Source: Nanobdellota archaeon (GTDB lineage Archaea > Nanobdellota > Nanobdellia > Woesearchaeales > UBA10107). From it: a stretch of 64,000 bases of DNA. The translations under genes were made by a program, and so were the position numbers. The first letter of the stretch is position 1. Each line of letters starts with the position of its first letter. Below the pieces are notes generated by a model, which was not told the origin of the DNA, searched no databases, and worked only from the letters and a program-made list of their open reading frames with translations. The stretch spans positions 109,878 through 173,877 of the forward strand of contig JBHPFU010000002.1 in the NCBI GenBank assembly GCA_042571125.1. Reading direction: 5' to 3'. Positions 10,232-20,289 of the stretch are shown piece after piece.

Positions 10232-10480
10232 ATGGAATATGATTTAGAGCTGGAAAAAGCTGTAAATAAAATAAAAGAAGAAAAAGCTAAAACAGTTTGC
10301 ATTCAACTAGCAGAAGGTTTGAAACCAAAAGCAAAGGAAATAAAAGAATACATAGAAAAGAATACAGACTCAAAGGTTGTAATCTGGGCTGATTCTGCTT
10401 TCGGAGGATGCGACTTGCCAGATCCTGAAGAAGAAGTTGACTTGTTGATTCACTTTGGTCATTCGGAGTTCTCAAAATGA
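10232..10480 (+). CDS. dph2: Diphthamide synthesis Dph2 N-terminal domain only (split gene)
   Basis: V.IQL.EGLK, FGGCDL (cf. YGACD Fe-S Cys motif) and LIHFGHS motifs; stops at 82 aa. Confidence 0.8.
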   Translation: MEYDLELEKAVNKIKEEKAKTVCIQLAEGLKPKAKEIKEYIEKNTDSKVVIWADSAFGGCDLPDPEEEVDLLIHFGHSEFSK

Positions 10481-10800
10481 TAAATTACATATTAGCATTA
10501 ATTATCTCTTACATGGGATTAGTTGGAGGATTTATTCTACGCTACTTTGCAAAAGAAGAATTAGTTAAAATAAGAAAGAAAAACATCTGGTTAGTAAAAG
10601 AAAGCGAACCAATCTACATTCTTCTTGCGGTTATTTTCTACTTCGCAGCATTCCATACTATCTTTTATTACATTGCTTCAACAATATTTATTTACGGACT
10701 TGTTGTAGGATCTTTAAAAAATCAAAAGATTGGTAAAATATTATTTAAAAACTCTCTTTTCTTAATCGCAGGCTTAGCTCTTCTACTGCTCAAATCCTAA
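10477..10800 (+). CDS. Small multi-pass membrane protein
   Basis: Three to four hydrophobic segments; ATGA overlap with dph2 fragment. Confidence 0.7.
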   Translation: MINYILALIISYMGLVGGFILRYFAKEELVKIRKKNIWLVKESEPIYILLAVIFYFAAFHTIFYYIASTIFIYGLVVGSLKNQKIGKILFKNSLFLIAGLALLLLKS

Positions 10801-10839
10801 CGAAATCTTTATAAATGATGTTCTTAATTAAAAAAACAT

Positions 10840-10912
10840 GCCTCCGTAGCTTAGTAGGTAGAGCGTGCGGCTGTTAACCGCAAGGTCACCAGTTCGAGTC
10901 TGGTCGGAGGCG
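10840..10912 (+). tRNA. tRNA-Asn(GTT)
   Basis: GCCTCCG/CGGAGGC acceptor, TGCGG-CTGTTAA-CCGCA anticodon arm, TTCGAGT T-loop; cgaaatc-tttataaa promoter at 10801. Confidence 0.95.
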
Positions 10913-10918
10913 CTTTTT

Positions 10919-10992
10919 GGGCCCGTAGCTTAGTCTGGTGGAGCACACGACTGATAATCGTGCGGTCCCGTGTTCGAATCACGGCGGGCCCA
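10919..10992 (+). tRNA. tRNA-Ile(GAT)
   Basis: GGGCCCG/CGGGCCC acceptor, CACGA-CTGATAA-TCGTG anticodon arm, TTCGAAT T-loop. Confidence 0.95.
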
Positions 10993-11000
10993 TTCTCACT

Positions 11001-12575
11001 ATGACTAAACTAAAAATAAAACAAGAATCGCAAGATCCTGTTCTCAATATAGCTCTGGATACTTTAAACAAGAATAAGCAAGCCCTAGTTTTTGTGAATA
11101 CAAAACGTTCTGCTGAAAAGGTTGCAGAAGATATCTCGAATCATTTTAAAAAATTAAAACAGAGGGAAGATACAGAACTTTCTGAACAAATTCTAAGCGC
11201 ATTAGCCAAACCAACAAAACAATGTGAAAGACTATCGAGATGTGTTAAGTATGGTGTTGGGTTTCATCACGCAGGATTGACGCACAAACAGAAAGATATA
11301 ATTGAAGATAGTTTCAAAGCCGGAAAAATAAAGATTATTTCATGTACCCCAACTTTGGCTGCAGGAATGGATATGCCTGCATTCAGAACAGTAATAAGAG
11401 ATCTAAAAAGGTACGGCCAGAGAGGAATGCAGAATATCGGAGTGTTAGAATATCTTCAAATGGCTGGCAGAGCAGGAAGACCAAAATACGATAAAGAAGG
11501 GCAGGCAATTGCGCTTGCAGGATCAGAAGGAGAAAAAGAAGAGATTTGGGAGAAGTATATTGACGGAGAGCCAGAAGATATACAATCTAAATTAGCAGTT
11601 GAACCTGTTTTAAGAACGTATGTTCTAAGTTTAATCGCCACTAAGTTTGTAAGAACAAAAAAAGAGCTTGTTAATTTCTTTAGTAAAACATTCTGGGCCT
11701 ATCAATTTGAAGATATGGATAAATTAGAGATAATAATTGATAAAATGTTAAGATTATTGGAAGAATGGGAATTCATAAAAGGGAAGGGGGATGATTTTAT
11801 TTCTGCATCAGAAGTAAGAGATGAAAAATTAAAAGCTACATTGTTAGGACAAAGAGTTGCAGAATTATATCTTGATCCGCTTGCTGCTCACGATATTGTA
11901 AAAGGACTAAGAAGGGCAGAAAAGACAACATTAGTTCCATTTTCATTCCTACAACTAGTATCCAACACGCTTGAGATGCGTCCTTTGCTAAGAGTTAGGC
12001 AAAAAGAGTATGATGATATTGTAGAAAGGCTTACACAATACGATTCTAATCTCTTAATGTCAGAACCGTCACTTTATGAAACTTTTTATGATGATTTTCT
12101 TGATTCTGTTAAAACAGCTCTGTTCTTTAATGAATGGATTGAAGAAAAAGATGAAGAATTCCTATTAGAACATTACAATGTACGTCCCGGAGAAACAAGA
12201 GGTAAGTTAGAGATAGCAGATTGGTTATTTTATTGCATGGAAGAAATTGCTAAACTGTTAAAATTACAAAAACTGCTTAAGGATGTAAGCAAAACAAGAT
12301 TAAGAATCAAGCACGGGATAAAAGAAGAGTTAGTTCCATTAGTAAAATTAAAAGAGATTGGTCGTGTGAGAGCAAGAAAGTTATTCAACAACGGAATAAA
12401 AGATGTAAAAGGTGTTAAAAATGCAGATACTTCTACTCTCGCTTATTTGTTGGGCAAGAAAATAACAATAAATATCAAAGAACAGGTTGGGCAAAAGATT
12501 AGACCTGAAGAGATTGAGATTAAAAAAGGCAAAAGAAAAGGCCAGATGAGTATTGATAAATACAATAAAGTTTAA
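11001..12575 (+). CDS. hel308: Hel308/Ski2-like SF2 helicase lacking the N-terminal RecA1 (Walker A/DEIH) domain
   Basis: QALVFVNTKR, GFHHAGL, TPTLAAG.DMPA, QMAGRAGRP.YD, winged-helix/ratchet region and HhH IGRVRARKLF are present; no GKT or DExH. First usable ATG is 11001 because the ORF-track start lies within tRNA-Ile. Confidence 0.8.
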   Translation: MTKLKIKQESQDPVLNIALDTLNKNKQALVFVNTKRSAEKVAEDISNHFKKLKQREDTELSEQILSALAKPTKQCERLSRCVKYGVGFHHAGLTHKQKDIIEDSFKAGKIKIISCTPTLAAGMDMPAFRTVIRDLKRYGQRGMQNIGVLEYLQMAGRAGRPKYDKEGQAIALAGSEGEKEEIWEKYIDGEPEDIQSKLAVEPVLRTYVLSLIATKFVRTKKELVNFFSKTFWAYQFEDMDKLEIIIDKMLRLLEEWEFIKGKGDDFISASEVRDEKLKATLLGQRVAELYLDPLAAHDIVKGLRRAEKTTLVPFSFLQLVSNTLEMRPLLRVRQKEYDDIVERLTQYDSNLLMSEPSLYETFYDDFLDSVKTALFFNEWIEEKDEEFLLEHYNVRPGETRGKLEIADWLFYCMEEIAKLLKLQKLLKDVSKTRLRIKHGIKEELVPLVKLKEIGRVRARKLFNNGIKDVKGVKNADTSTLAYLLGKKITINIKEQVGQKIRPEEIEIKKGKRKGQMSIDKYNKV

Positions 12576-12610
12576 ATATAAGCAATCTTCTGAAAATCAA
12601 AGAGGAGTAT

Positions 12611-13240
12611 ATGAAAAAGGTGATGACAAAAGATGGTTCAGAAACATTCTACAGCAAAGAGTACACGGAAACTTATCATTCCACCTCTGGCGCTCTACAA
12701 GAGGGTTTTGAAAAGTTTGTTGGGCCGTCGGGTTTATTTGAAGGCTGTAAAATTCTGGACATATGTTTTGGGATCGGCTATAATTCTTTGGCTGCTATTC
12801 ATACTGCTATTGAAGATAATCTAAAGATTTCTATTACTGCCATAGAAAATGATCCAAAGATAGTCAGAAGAATAAAAGATGTAGTAATGGATGAAAAGTA
12901 TAGAAAAGCTCATGGGATTATTAAAAAAGTTGTTGAAGATAAAGAATACAAAGATGATTTAATCAGTATAAAACTAATCATTGATGATGCAAGAAAAACT
13001 GTTAAAAAACTTAATAATAAATTTGACTTTGTATTTTTTGATCCTTTCTCTCCAAAAAAACACCCAGAACTCTGGACAGAAGAATTCTTCAAAGATATTT
13101 ATAAGATAATGAACAAAGGAGTTCTAACAACTTATTCTTGCGCAAGAGTTGTACGGGATAATTTAAGAAGTGCAGGATTTAATGTGGAAGACGGGCCAAG
13201 CATAGGAAGAAGAGGACCAAGCACGATAGCTAAAAAATAA
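12611..13240 (+). CDS. mnmD: MnmC-like (MnmD-type) tRNA mnm5s2U34 SAM methyltransferase
   Basis: T.DGS.T...Y.E.YHS..GA, LDICFGIGYN, DPFSP.K.PELW, TTYS motifs. Confidence 0.8.
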   Translation: MKKVMTKDGSETFYSKEYTETYHSTSGALQEGFEKFVGPSGLFEGCKILDICFGIGYNSLAAIHTAIEDNLKISITAIENDPKIVRRIKDVVMDEKYRKAHGIIKKVVEDKEYKDDLISIKLIIDDARKTVKKLNNKFDFVFFDPFSPKKHPELWTEEFFKDIYKIMNKGVLTTYSCARVVRDNLRSAGFNVEDGPSIGRRGPSTIAKK

Positions 13241-13241
13241 G

Positions 13242-13313
13242 CGTCCCTCCGAAGAATCGAACTCCGATTTTACGGACCGCAACCGTACGTACTATCCATT
13301 ATACTAGAGGGAC
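13242..13313 (-). tRNA. tRNA-Arg(GCG)
   Basis: Reverse strand GTCCCTC/GAGGGAC acceptor, TACGG-TTGCGGT-CCGTA anticodon arm, TTCGATT T-loop; 4 nt downstream of the ligase stop. Confidence 0.9.
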
Positions 13314-13317
13314 AGGA

Positions 13318-15072
13318 TCAGCGATGACGTTGCATTCTATATAGGTTTTCTACAACATCAATAGTAGAAATCTCATCTGGCCTTCTATCTTCCCTTACTT
13401 CAACTAAGCGAGGAAATCTTAAAGCAAATCCAGATTGATATGTGGGCGATTTTTGTATCTCTTCATAATTTATCTCTATTACCAATTTTGGTTTAACTGT
13501 AACATGTTTTCCTTTTTCAGCAATTATCAAAGGTTTCAAGATATTCGTAAGCTCTTTAAAAGTCGCACCAAGACCTTCTAATTCTTTTATTCCTGTTCCA
13601 ACTTTGCCGATTCCAACATACTCTCCTGTATCGGGATCTAAACATGCAATATCAAAGCTGCTCAACCAGTTAGCTCTCTTACCTTCACCCCATTCAGCAC
13701 CTATTATAACCAAATCAAGAGTTTCCATAACGGGTTTTATCTTAACACCATACCCAACTCTTGAGCCTGGCTTGTAGATTCCCTCTAGATTTTTAGCCAT
13801 GACTCCTTCATTTCCTTTTTTCAGAGCTTCAGCATAGAATGCTTGGGCTTTTTTAGGATCATCTGTGATTATCTGTTTTGCTGCCTGTAGTTTATCTGGA
13901 ACTTCTTTTATTATCTTTTCAATTATCTTTCTTCTTTCCTTAAACGGCTTATTGATAACATCTTGATCTTCAAATTCGATAACATCAAAAACATTGACCA
14001 TAACCGGCAATTTCTTAATTATTTCTTCAATATCATATTTTCTTTTAATTCTCTGAGAAATATCCTGGAATGGCTTCCATTTTTTTGTTTTTGGGTCAAT
14101 ACCAATTATTTCTGTGTCTAAAATAAAATTATCTCCTTTAATATTCTCAACAACTTCAACAACATCTGGAAATTGTTTTGTTACATTGTCTAATCTTCTT
14201 GTAAATAACTTTGTTTTTCCGTCTTTTCTATGAATCTGCATCCTAAATCCATCGTATTTATATTCAAATGCTGCGGGTTTGCCAACAGTCTCAAAAGCAT
14301 CTTCCATATCTTTCGCTTTTGGGTAAAGCATTACCTTTATTGGCTTTCCAACCTCCATTTTTACTTTTTTCAGTGCTTCAATACCTTCTTTAGCAATTAA
14401 AATCACTTCTGAAAAATCATTTTTAGCATTATATGCAGATTGAAGAGCATCTATGTACTGATTATAATGTTCCCTATTCTCTACTTCAAAATTATTTTCT
14501 TTTTGATCATAGGTAAAGCCAAGATCTTTACCAAAGAATGCCCAGACAATCGCATCTCTTAATGTTCCGTCTGCAACACCCACTCTTAGTTCTTCTAAAA
14601 CTGTTCTTGTTATGAACTTTGCTTCTCCCGGTTTTGCAGATGTTAAAAGCTCTGAGATTAATTGTACTTTTTTGTCAACAGTTCCAGAGCCAACAAATTC
14701 AGGAAGTTTTCTTATGTTTTCAAATACTTTTGAAGATGTTAAAGATGTTGAAAATAAAGTTCTTTGTTTCTTTTTGCTTACTAGGTTCTCAGCAGTGATC
14801 CCCAAGTCTCCTGTTTTTTTCCATTCGGCCTCAATCTCTTGTTCAGTCATGCCTGTTGATTTTCCAATCACTTTTATCATCAAACGGGCAGCGACACCTA
14901 TTTTGCGCTCATCATATGAAGGGAAAACTCTTCCCTGTAGCAATAATACCACTTCAGGAAGATCTTTTTCAGAAGTTTTTTTAAGAAATTCAGAGATAAT
15001 ATGTGTTTTTTCCAGCCTTTTGGATGTTGATTCTAGCTCACTGTAGACTTCAACTAAATCAGCGTATTTCAT
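13318..15072 (-). CDS. lig: ATP-dependent DNA ligase
   Basis: EYKYDGFRMQIH adenylation motif, EGVMAK, Y.PG.R, LDLVIIG, ALRFPR. Confidence 0.95.
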   Translation of the reverse strand: MKYADLVEVYSELESTSKRLEKTHIISEFLKKTSEKDLPEVVLLLQGRVFPSYDERKIGVAARLMIKVIGKSTGMTEQEIEAEWKKTGDLGITAENLVSKKKQRTLFSTSLTSSKVFENIRKLPEFVGSGTVDKKVQLISELLTSAKPGEAKFITRTVLEELRVGVADGTLRDAIVWAFFGKDLGFTYDQKENNFEVENREHYNQYIDALQSAYNAKNDFSEVILIAKEGIEALKKVKMEVGKPIKVMLYPKAKDMEDAFETVGKPAAFEYKYDGFRMQIHRKDGKTKLFTRRLDNVTKQFPDVVEVVENIKGDNFILDTEIIGIDPKTKKWKPFQDISQRIKRKYDIEEIIKKLPVMVNVFDVIEFEDQDVINKPFKERRKIIEKIIKEVPDKLQAAKQIITDDPKKAQAFYAEALKKGNEGVMAKNLEGIYKPGSRVGYGVKIKPVMETLDLVIIGAEWGEGKRANWLSSFDIACLDPDTGEYVGIGKVGTGIKELEGLGATFKELTNILKPLIIAEKGKHVTVKPKLVIEINYEEIQKSPTYQSGFALRFPRLVEVREDRRPDEISTIDVVENLYRMQRHR

Positions 15073-15156
15073 ATATTAATAGAACCTATCTCCCTTTAAA
15101 AATATTTAGTTTAAACACCGATATCTTTATATATAAAATAACAATAAAAATAGGAT

Positions 15157-15867
15157 ATGGAAACTCTAGAGGCAATTGAAAAAAGAAGGTCCTGTAGAAA
15201 GTACCAAAATAAGGATCTTGAAAAAGAAATATTCTCTGTTGTTCTTAATGCAGGAAGATTGGCACCTTCAGCAGGAAACCTGCAGGACAGATGTTTTATC
15301 ATAGTTAAAAATAAGAATACAAGACAAAGGATTGCCGAATTATGCGGAGGACAGATGTGGATGCAATTCGCTCCTGTTCATATCGTTGTTGTTTCTGAAC
15401 TGAAAAAGAACAAACAATACTATGGCATAAGAGGCGAAAGAGTTTATTCTATACAAGACTGTGCAGTGGCTGTGCAGAATATGTTATTAGCCGCAACAGA
15501 CCTTGGTCTTGGATGCTGTGTTGTTTCTGCTTTTGATGAAGACAGATTAAAAGATTTATTAGTTATCGAAGATCCTGCGAGACCTCAGGCAGTTGTTACA
15601 CTTGGTTATTGTGCAGAAGAAAATACTAAACCTACACCAAAACATGACCTAGAAAAACTGGTCTGGACTGAAAAATATTTCGGAAGAATAGAAAACATGT
15701 CTATAACTCTTGGTGCGTGGAGTGAAATATGGGAAAAGAAGATTAAAGAAGTAAAAGAAAATCTTGATCTTCCTCAGAAAAAACAGGTTTTCCTTGAAAA
15801 AAGTAAAGAAGTTGGTAAAAAGATTAAAGAAAGGCTGAAAAATCTTCGTAAGCCAAAATCAGAGTAA
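15157..15867 (+). CDS. Nitroreductase family protein
   Basis: RRSCRKY, LAPSAGN.Q, D...A.QNMLLAA..LGLG motifs. Confidence 0.9.
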   Translation: METLEAIEKRRSCRKYQNKDLEKEIFSVVLNAGRLAPSAGNLQDRCFIIVKNKNTRQRIAELCGGQMWMQFAPVHIVVVSELKKNKQYYGIRGERVYSIQDCAVAVQNMLLAATDLGLGCCVVSAFDEDRLKDLLVIEDPARPQAVVTLGYCAEENTKPTPKHDLEKLVWTEKYFGRIENMSITLGAWSEIWEKKIKEVKENLDLPQKKQVFLEKSKEVGKKIKERLKNLRKPKSE

Positions 15868-15884
15868 GTTCTGTTGAGAAAAGA

Positions 15885-17678
15885 ATGGTAGATTTATTGA
15901 AATTTAGTGGAAAAGTAATTTTATTGGGTAATCAGGCAATTGTACGTGGAGCTCTAGAGTCAGGAGTTGGTTTTTCTGCTTCATATCCCGGAACTCCCTC
16001 TTCTGAAATTGCTGATACTTTCGCTAAGATAGCAAAAAAAGCGGGGATTTATTTTGAGTATAGCACAAATGAAAAAGTTGCTTCAGAAGCAGTTGCTGGC
16101 GCATCATTTTCCGGTGTTCGTTCATTAGTTTCATTCAAACACTTTGGTTTTAATGTTGCAAGTGATTCTATTTACCCTTTAGCATATCACGGAGTAGATG
16201 CAGGATTAGTAATTGTCTGTTCAGATGATCCTGGATGTCATTCATCTGGCCAAAGCGAACAAGATTCAAGATATATGGCAAGAATTGCTCACATGCCTTT
16301 ATTAGAACCTTCAGATCCTACTGAATGTAAAGAATTTACAAAACTCGCCTTTGAAATGTCTGAGAAGTTAAAGATCCCTGTAATTGTAAGAACAACAACA
16401 AGAGTTGCTCATGCAAGCGAAGTTGTAAAACTTGGGAAGATTGTTAAAGGAAAAACAAAGGGGGTTTTCAAGAAAGGAAGAGCATTTAGAAACCTACCAC
16501 CAAATATGCTTGGTGTTCATGCTGAACTTGATAAAAAACTTGAAAATCTAAAGAGTTTTACAAAAACCGTTACTGGGAAAGGTTCTGTTGGGGTTATTAC
16601 AAGCGGAGTTTCGTATCATTATGTGATGGAAGCATTAAGGATGTTAAATCTTAAGATTCCAGTACTAAAACTTAACATGACTTGGCCGTTGGCAGAGCAA
16701 GAGATTAAGAATTTCGTTAAAGGATTAAAATCGGTTCTGGTTGTTGAAGAACTTGATGGTGTTATTGAAAGAGATGTAAGGGGGATTAAACCTAATCTAA
16801 GCGTGCATGGCAAGGATCACTTACCTAGCTGTGAGCTAAACCAAGACGTTGTTGCCAAAGCATTAGCTAAACTTACAAAAAAGAGCTTTAAGGCTGTTTC
16901 TAAAGAGGTTGATGTTCCTTCAAGGCCGCCTATACTCTGTCCTGGATGCCCTCACAGAGCAACATTCTGGGCTGTTAAAAAGGCAGTTCCTAAAAATACT
17001 GTATTCGGAGGAGATATTGGATGTTATTTATTAGGTATTTACGAACCAAACAATACTGCTGATTTCCTAATCTCGATGGGTGCGGGATGTGGAATTGTTC
17101 ATGGGATTAACAAAGTTGAAGGAAAGAAACCTGTTGCATTTATAGGAGATAGTACATTTTTCCATGCAGGACTTCCTCCAATCGTAAATCATGTTTACAA
17201 CAAATCAAATGTATTAACTGTTGTTCTTGATAACAGATGGACTGCAATGACTGGGCATCAGCCTAATCCTGCAATGGGATTAACAGGAATGGGTGATCAG
17301 ACAAAAGAAATAAAGATTGAAGAAGTTGTTAAAGGTCTTGGTGTTGAAAATGTTGATCTTTCTAACAGTTTTAATCTAAAAGATACAAAAGGAAAGGCAA
17401 AAGAATTGTTTAAGAAAAATGGGGCATCTGTTCTTGTATCAAAAGGAGAATGTAGATTACAGTTCATGCGAAGAGCAAGATCTAAAGGAGTAAAAGTTCC
17501 TGTTTTTGAGATTGACAAGAAGAAATGTACTAAATGCGGAATCTGTCTTTATGATTATGGCTGCCCTGCAATACAGAGAGATAAAAAAGGAGATTATTTC
17601 ATAGACCCAGACCTTTGTTGGGGATGCAGTGCGTGTATGCAGGTATGTCCTGTAAATGCAATATCAATAAAAAAATGA
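15885..17678 (+). CDS. iorA: Indolepyruvate:ferredoxin oxidoreductase alpha subunit
   Basis: LLGN.AI.RGA.E, YPGTPSSEI, NEKVA.E, SEQDSR, LCPGCPHR, GDIGCY, IGDSTF.H, C-terminal 2x[4Fe-4S]. Confidence 0.93.
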   Translation: MVDLLKFSGKVILLGNQAIVRGALESGVGFSASYPGTPSSEIADTFAKIAKKAGIYFEYSTNEKVASEAVAGASFSGVRSLVSFKHFGFNVASDSIYPLAYHGVDAGLVIVCSDDPGCHSSGQSEQDSRYMARIAHMPLLEPSDPTECKEFTKLAFEMSEKLKIPVIVRTTTRVAHASEVVKLGKIVKGKTKGVFKKGRAFRNLPPNMLGVHAELDKKLENLKSFTKTVTGKGSVGVITSGVSYHYVMEALRMLNLKIPVLKLNMTWPLAEQEIKNFVKGLKSVLVVEELDGVIERDVRGIKPNLSVHGKDHLPSCELNQDVVAKALAKLTKKSFKAVSKEVDVPSRPPILCPGCPHRATFWAVKKAVPKNTVFGGDIGCYLLGIYEPNNTADFLISMGAGCGIVHGINKVEGKKPVAFIGDSTFFHAGLPPIVNHVYNKSNVLTVVLDNRWTAMTGHQPNPAMGLTGMGDQTKEIKIEEVVKGLGVENVDLSNSFNLKDTKGKAKELFKKNGASVLVSKGECRLQFMRRARSKGVKVPVFEIDKKKCTKCGICLYDYGCPAIQRDKKGDYFIDPDLCWGCSACMQVCPVNAISIKK

Positions 17679-18253
17679 AAAATATAATTTTAGCAGGAGT
17701 CGGAGGACAGGGAATCCTTACTTTAGCTGGAGCTATTGCAAGAGCTGCTATTTCAGAAGGTTTTGATGTTAAAGGAAGCGAACTTCATGGATTAGCAATG
17801 AGATTTGGATCATTAAATGTCCATATAAGGATTGGAAAAGATATTTCATCCCCTCTTGTTTCATTATCTGATGCAGACTTAATAATTTCTCAAGAACCAA
17901 TTGAAACTTTAAGAAATATAAAGTATGCAAACAAAAAAACAGTGATTTTGTTTGACACAAAACCTCAAGTTCCTTTAACAGCTTACTTAGAGAAGAAAAA
18001 ATATCCTTCTTTAGATGAAACAAATAAAATACTTGGAAAAATATCTAAAAAAGTGATTCCTGTCCATGCTTCAGACATTGTTTATGAAAAAACAGGATCA
18101 GCGATAATGGCAAACACATATTTATTAGGAAGATTAGCTAAAGAAAAGATTCTTCCAATTAAAAAAGAATCGTATATTAAAGCATTAAAAGAAATTATCA
18201 AACCAAAAGCATTGAAAGGCAATTTAGAAATATTTGAATTGGCCTACAAATAA
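17675..18253 (+). CDS. iorB: Indolepyruvate:ferredoxin oxidoreductase beta subunit
   Basis: GVGGQG, SE.HG.A.R.GS motifs; ATG overlaps iorA stop. Confidence 0.9.
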   Translation: MKNIILAGVGGQGILTLAGAIARAAISEGFDVKGSELHGLAMRFGSLNVHIRIGKDISSPLVSLSDADLIISQEPIETLRNIKYANKKTVILFDTKPQVPLTAYLEKKKYPSLDETNKILGKISKKVIPVHASDIVYEKTGSAIMANTYLLGRLAKEKILPIKKESYIKALKEIIKPKALKGNLEIFELAYK

Positions 18254-19584
18254 TAATCAACTAATTTTCTTATTGATTTCACAGCAATTTTTGGGAAAGT
18301 ATAGGTTGGTACTCCGCTTAATTCTAATGTTGTGTTAAGGATGTCTGTAAATCTTGCGCCTGTTGAAACAACAACAATAGGTTTCTTTTTGCTGTACTTG
18401 CTTATAACTTTAACAATATCTGTTGATATTGTTGGTGTCTGATATAACACAGTAAGCAAAACAATATCTATGTTCCTATCGGATATGCTTTCCTTAATTG
18501 CTCTTTCATAATCTTTTGTTGTTGCACTTCCTGTCAAATCGATTGGATTTTTTATAACTGCTATTTTTGGAAGCTGAGTTCTAAGCTTCTTCCTTTTGTT
18601 TTGGTCCATTTGGGCCAGGTCTAGCCCTTCGTGAATTATATTGTCTGTGCAAAGAATTCCGTATCCTCCTCCATTTGTTATAATCTGAATGGAATCTCCT
18701 CTTGGTTCTTTTGATAAAAATACCTTTGCAAATTCAAATAATTCCTCTAATCCATTTGCTTGGATTAATCCTGCCTGTTCAAAGACTCCTTTGTATATCT
18801 TCGCTTCTCCTGCTAATGCGCCGGTGTGAGATAATGCGGCTTCACTTCCTTGTTCTGTCGATCCTGCCTTAAGCACAATAACTGGTTTTTTTATTTTTCT
18901 TGCTATTCTTAAGAACTTTTTTCCGTCCTTAACCCCTTCAATGTATAAACAAATAACTTTTGTCTGCACATCTTTACTTAAGTATTCAAGAATGTCTGAT
19001 TCATCTACATTAATTGCATTTCCATAGCTGATGAATTTTGAGAATTTGTAATCTTTTTTTGCTCCGAGATCCAATAATGCTCCGCCAACTGCTCCAGACT
19101 GACAAACAAGAGATATTCCTCCTTGTTCTGGTCTTTTCATTCTTGACTGCGGGAAGAAAATTGAATCAATCCTTGAATATGAATCATAAATCCCTAAACA
19201 GTTCGGACCAATAACCTTAATCTTATATTTTTTTAATAAACTTAACAAATCATCGTGCAATTTGGTGTTCCCAATCTCTTCAAACCCTGCGGTTATTATA
19301 ACTAAGTTCTTTATTCCTTTTTTTCCGCATTCTTGTACAACTTTTAAGACTAGGTTTGAAGGAATTGCAACAATTCCAAGATCTACCTTCCCTTTTATCT
19401 CTAAAACAGAATCATAACACCTATGTTCAAGGACTTCTTCTTCATTAGGATTAACAGCATATAACTTTCCTTTATATTTTGAGTCTAAAAGATTCTTAAA
19501 TAGCACATGTCCTGCTTTGTTAATATATTTTGAGACTCCTATTACTGCTATTGACTTTGCCTTGAAGAATTTACTTAAGTCCAT
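18244..19584 (-). CDS. acdA: ADP-forming acyl-CoA synthetase alpha subunit
   Basis: SIAVIG.S, IGPNCLG, QSGA, S.GN, LY.EG, ALSHTGAL phospho-His, NP.DLTG. Confidence 0.9.
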   Translation of the reverse strand: MDLSKFFKAKSIAVIGVSKYINKAGHVLFKNLLDSKYKGKLYAVNPNEEEVLEHRCYDSVLEIKGKVDLGIVAIPSNLVLKVVQECGKKGIKNLVIITAGFEEIGNTKLHDDLLSLLKKYKIKVIGPNCLGIYDSYSRIDSIFFPQSRMKRPEQGGISLVCQSGAVGGALLDLGAKKDYKFSKFISYGNAINVDESDILEYLSKDVQTKVICLYIEGVKDGKKFLRIARKIKKPVIVLKAGSTEQGSEAALSHTGALAGEAKIYKGVFEQAGLIQANGLEELFEFAKVFLSKEPRGDSIQIITNGGGYGILCTDNIIHEGLDLAQMDQNKRKKLRTQLPKIAVIKNPIDLTGSATTKDYERAIKESISDRNIDIVLLTVLYQTPTISTDIVKVISKYSKKKPIVVVSTGARFTDILNTTLELSGVPTYTFPKIAVKSIRKLVDYYL

Positions 19585-19659
19585 ATTAATGACTTATCTA
19601 TTTAGCTTTATATAATTTTCTTAAAAAAATTTATAAAGATAGGTTATAATAAAAGATAT

Positions 19660-20289
19660 ATGAAAGCTCTTACCCAGGTTGAATCTGATAAGCTAATTAG
19701 GAGTTATGCGCCCCTTGCAAGAAGCCTTTTAACAAATAACGTATCTGAAGCTTTAAGATTTTCTGATAATTTTCCTTTAGTTTTGAAGATTATATCCCCC
19801 GATGCTATTCATAAAACAGATATCTGCGGAGTTACGATTGTTAACAGCAAAGAAGGGCTGGAAAAATCTTATTCTGAACTTGTAGAAAACTCTAAAAAAA
19901 GAGGATTAAAGTTAAATGGGATTCTTGTACAGGAATTTGTCAAGGGCCAAGAACTAATAATTGGTCTAAAAAATGATCAGACTTTCGGTCATGTTATTCT
20001 GTTAGGTATTGGCGGTGTTTTAGTAGAGGTTTTAGATGATGTTTCATTCAGAGTGTGCCCAATAACAGAAGATGATGCTGAATCAATGATTAATGATTTG
20101 AAAGCAAAAGATGTTCTGCTTAAACCAAGAGATCACAAGAAGATTAATCTCGGATTGCTAAAGAAAACTCTTGTTTCAGTATCTAAGATTCCTTCAAAGC
20201 ACAAGAATATTGAAGAACTTGACATAAATCCTTTTGTTCTGAATGACAAAGAAGGAAAAGTAGCTGATGCTAGGATTGTGTTGGGATGA
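19660..20289 (+). CDS. acdB: ADP-forming acyl-CoA synthetase beta subunit (ATP-grasp)
   Basis: FPLVLKI.SP...HKTD, LVQE, ELIIG...D..FG, ELDINP, DARI. Confidence 0.88.
   Translation: MKALTQVESDKLIRSYAPLARSLLTNNVSEALRFSDNFPLVLKIISPDAIHKTDICGVTIVNSKEGLEKSYSELVENSKKRGLKLNGILVQEFVKGQELIIGLKNDQTFGHVILLGIGGVLVEVLDDVSFRVCPITEDDAESMINDLKAKDVLLKPRDHKKINLGLLKKTLVSVSKIPSKHKNIEELDINPFVLNDKEGKVADARIVLG

Noticed and set aside
10938..11000. N-terminal extension of the helicase ORF
   Set aside because: It lies inside tRNA-Ile and encodes no helicase motif; ATG 11001 is preferred.
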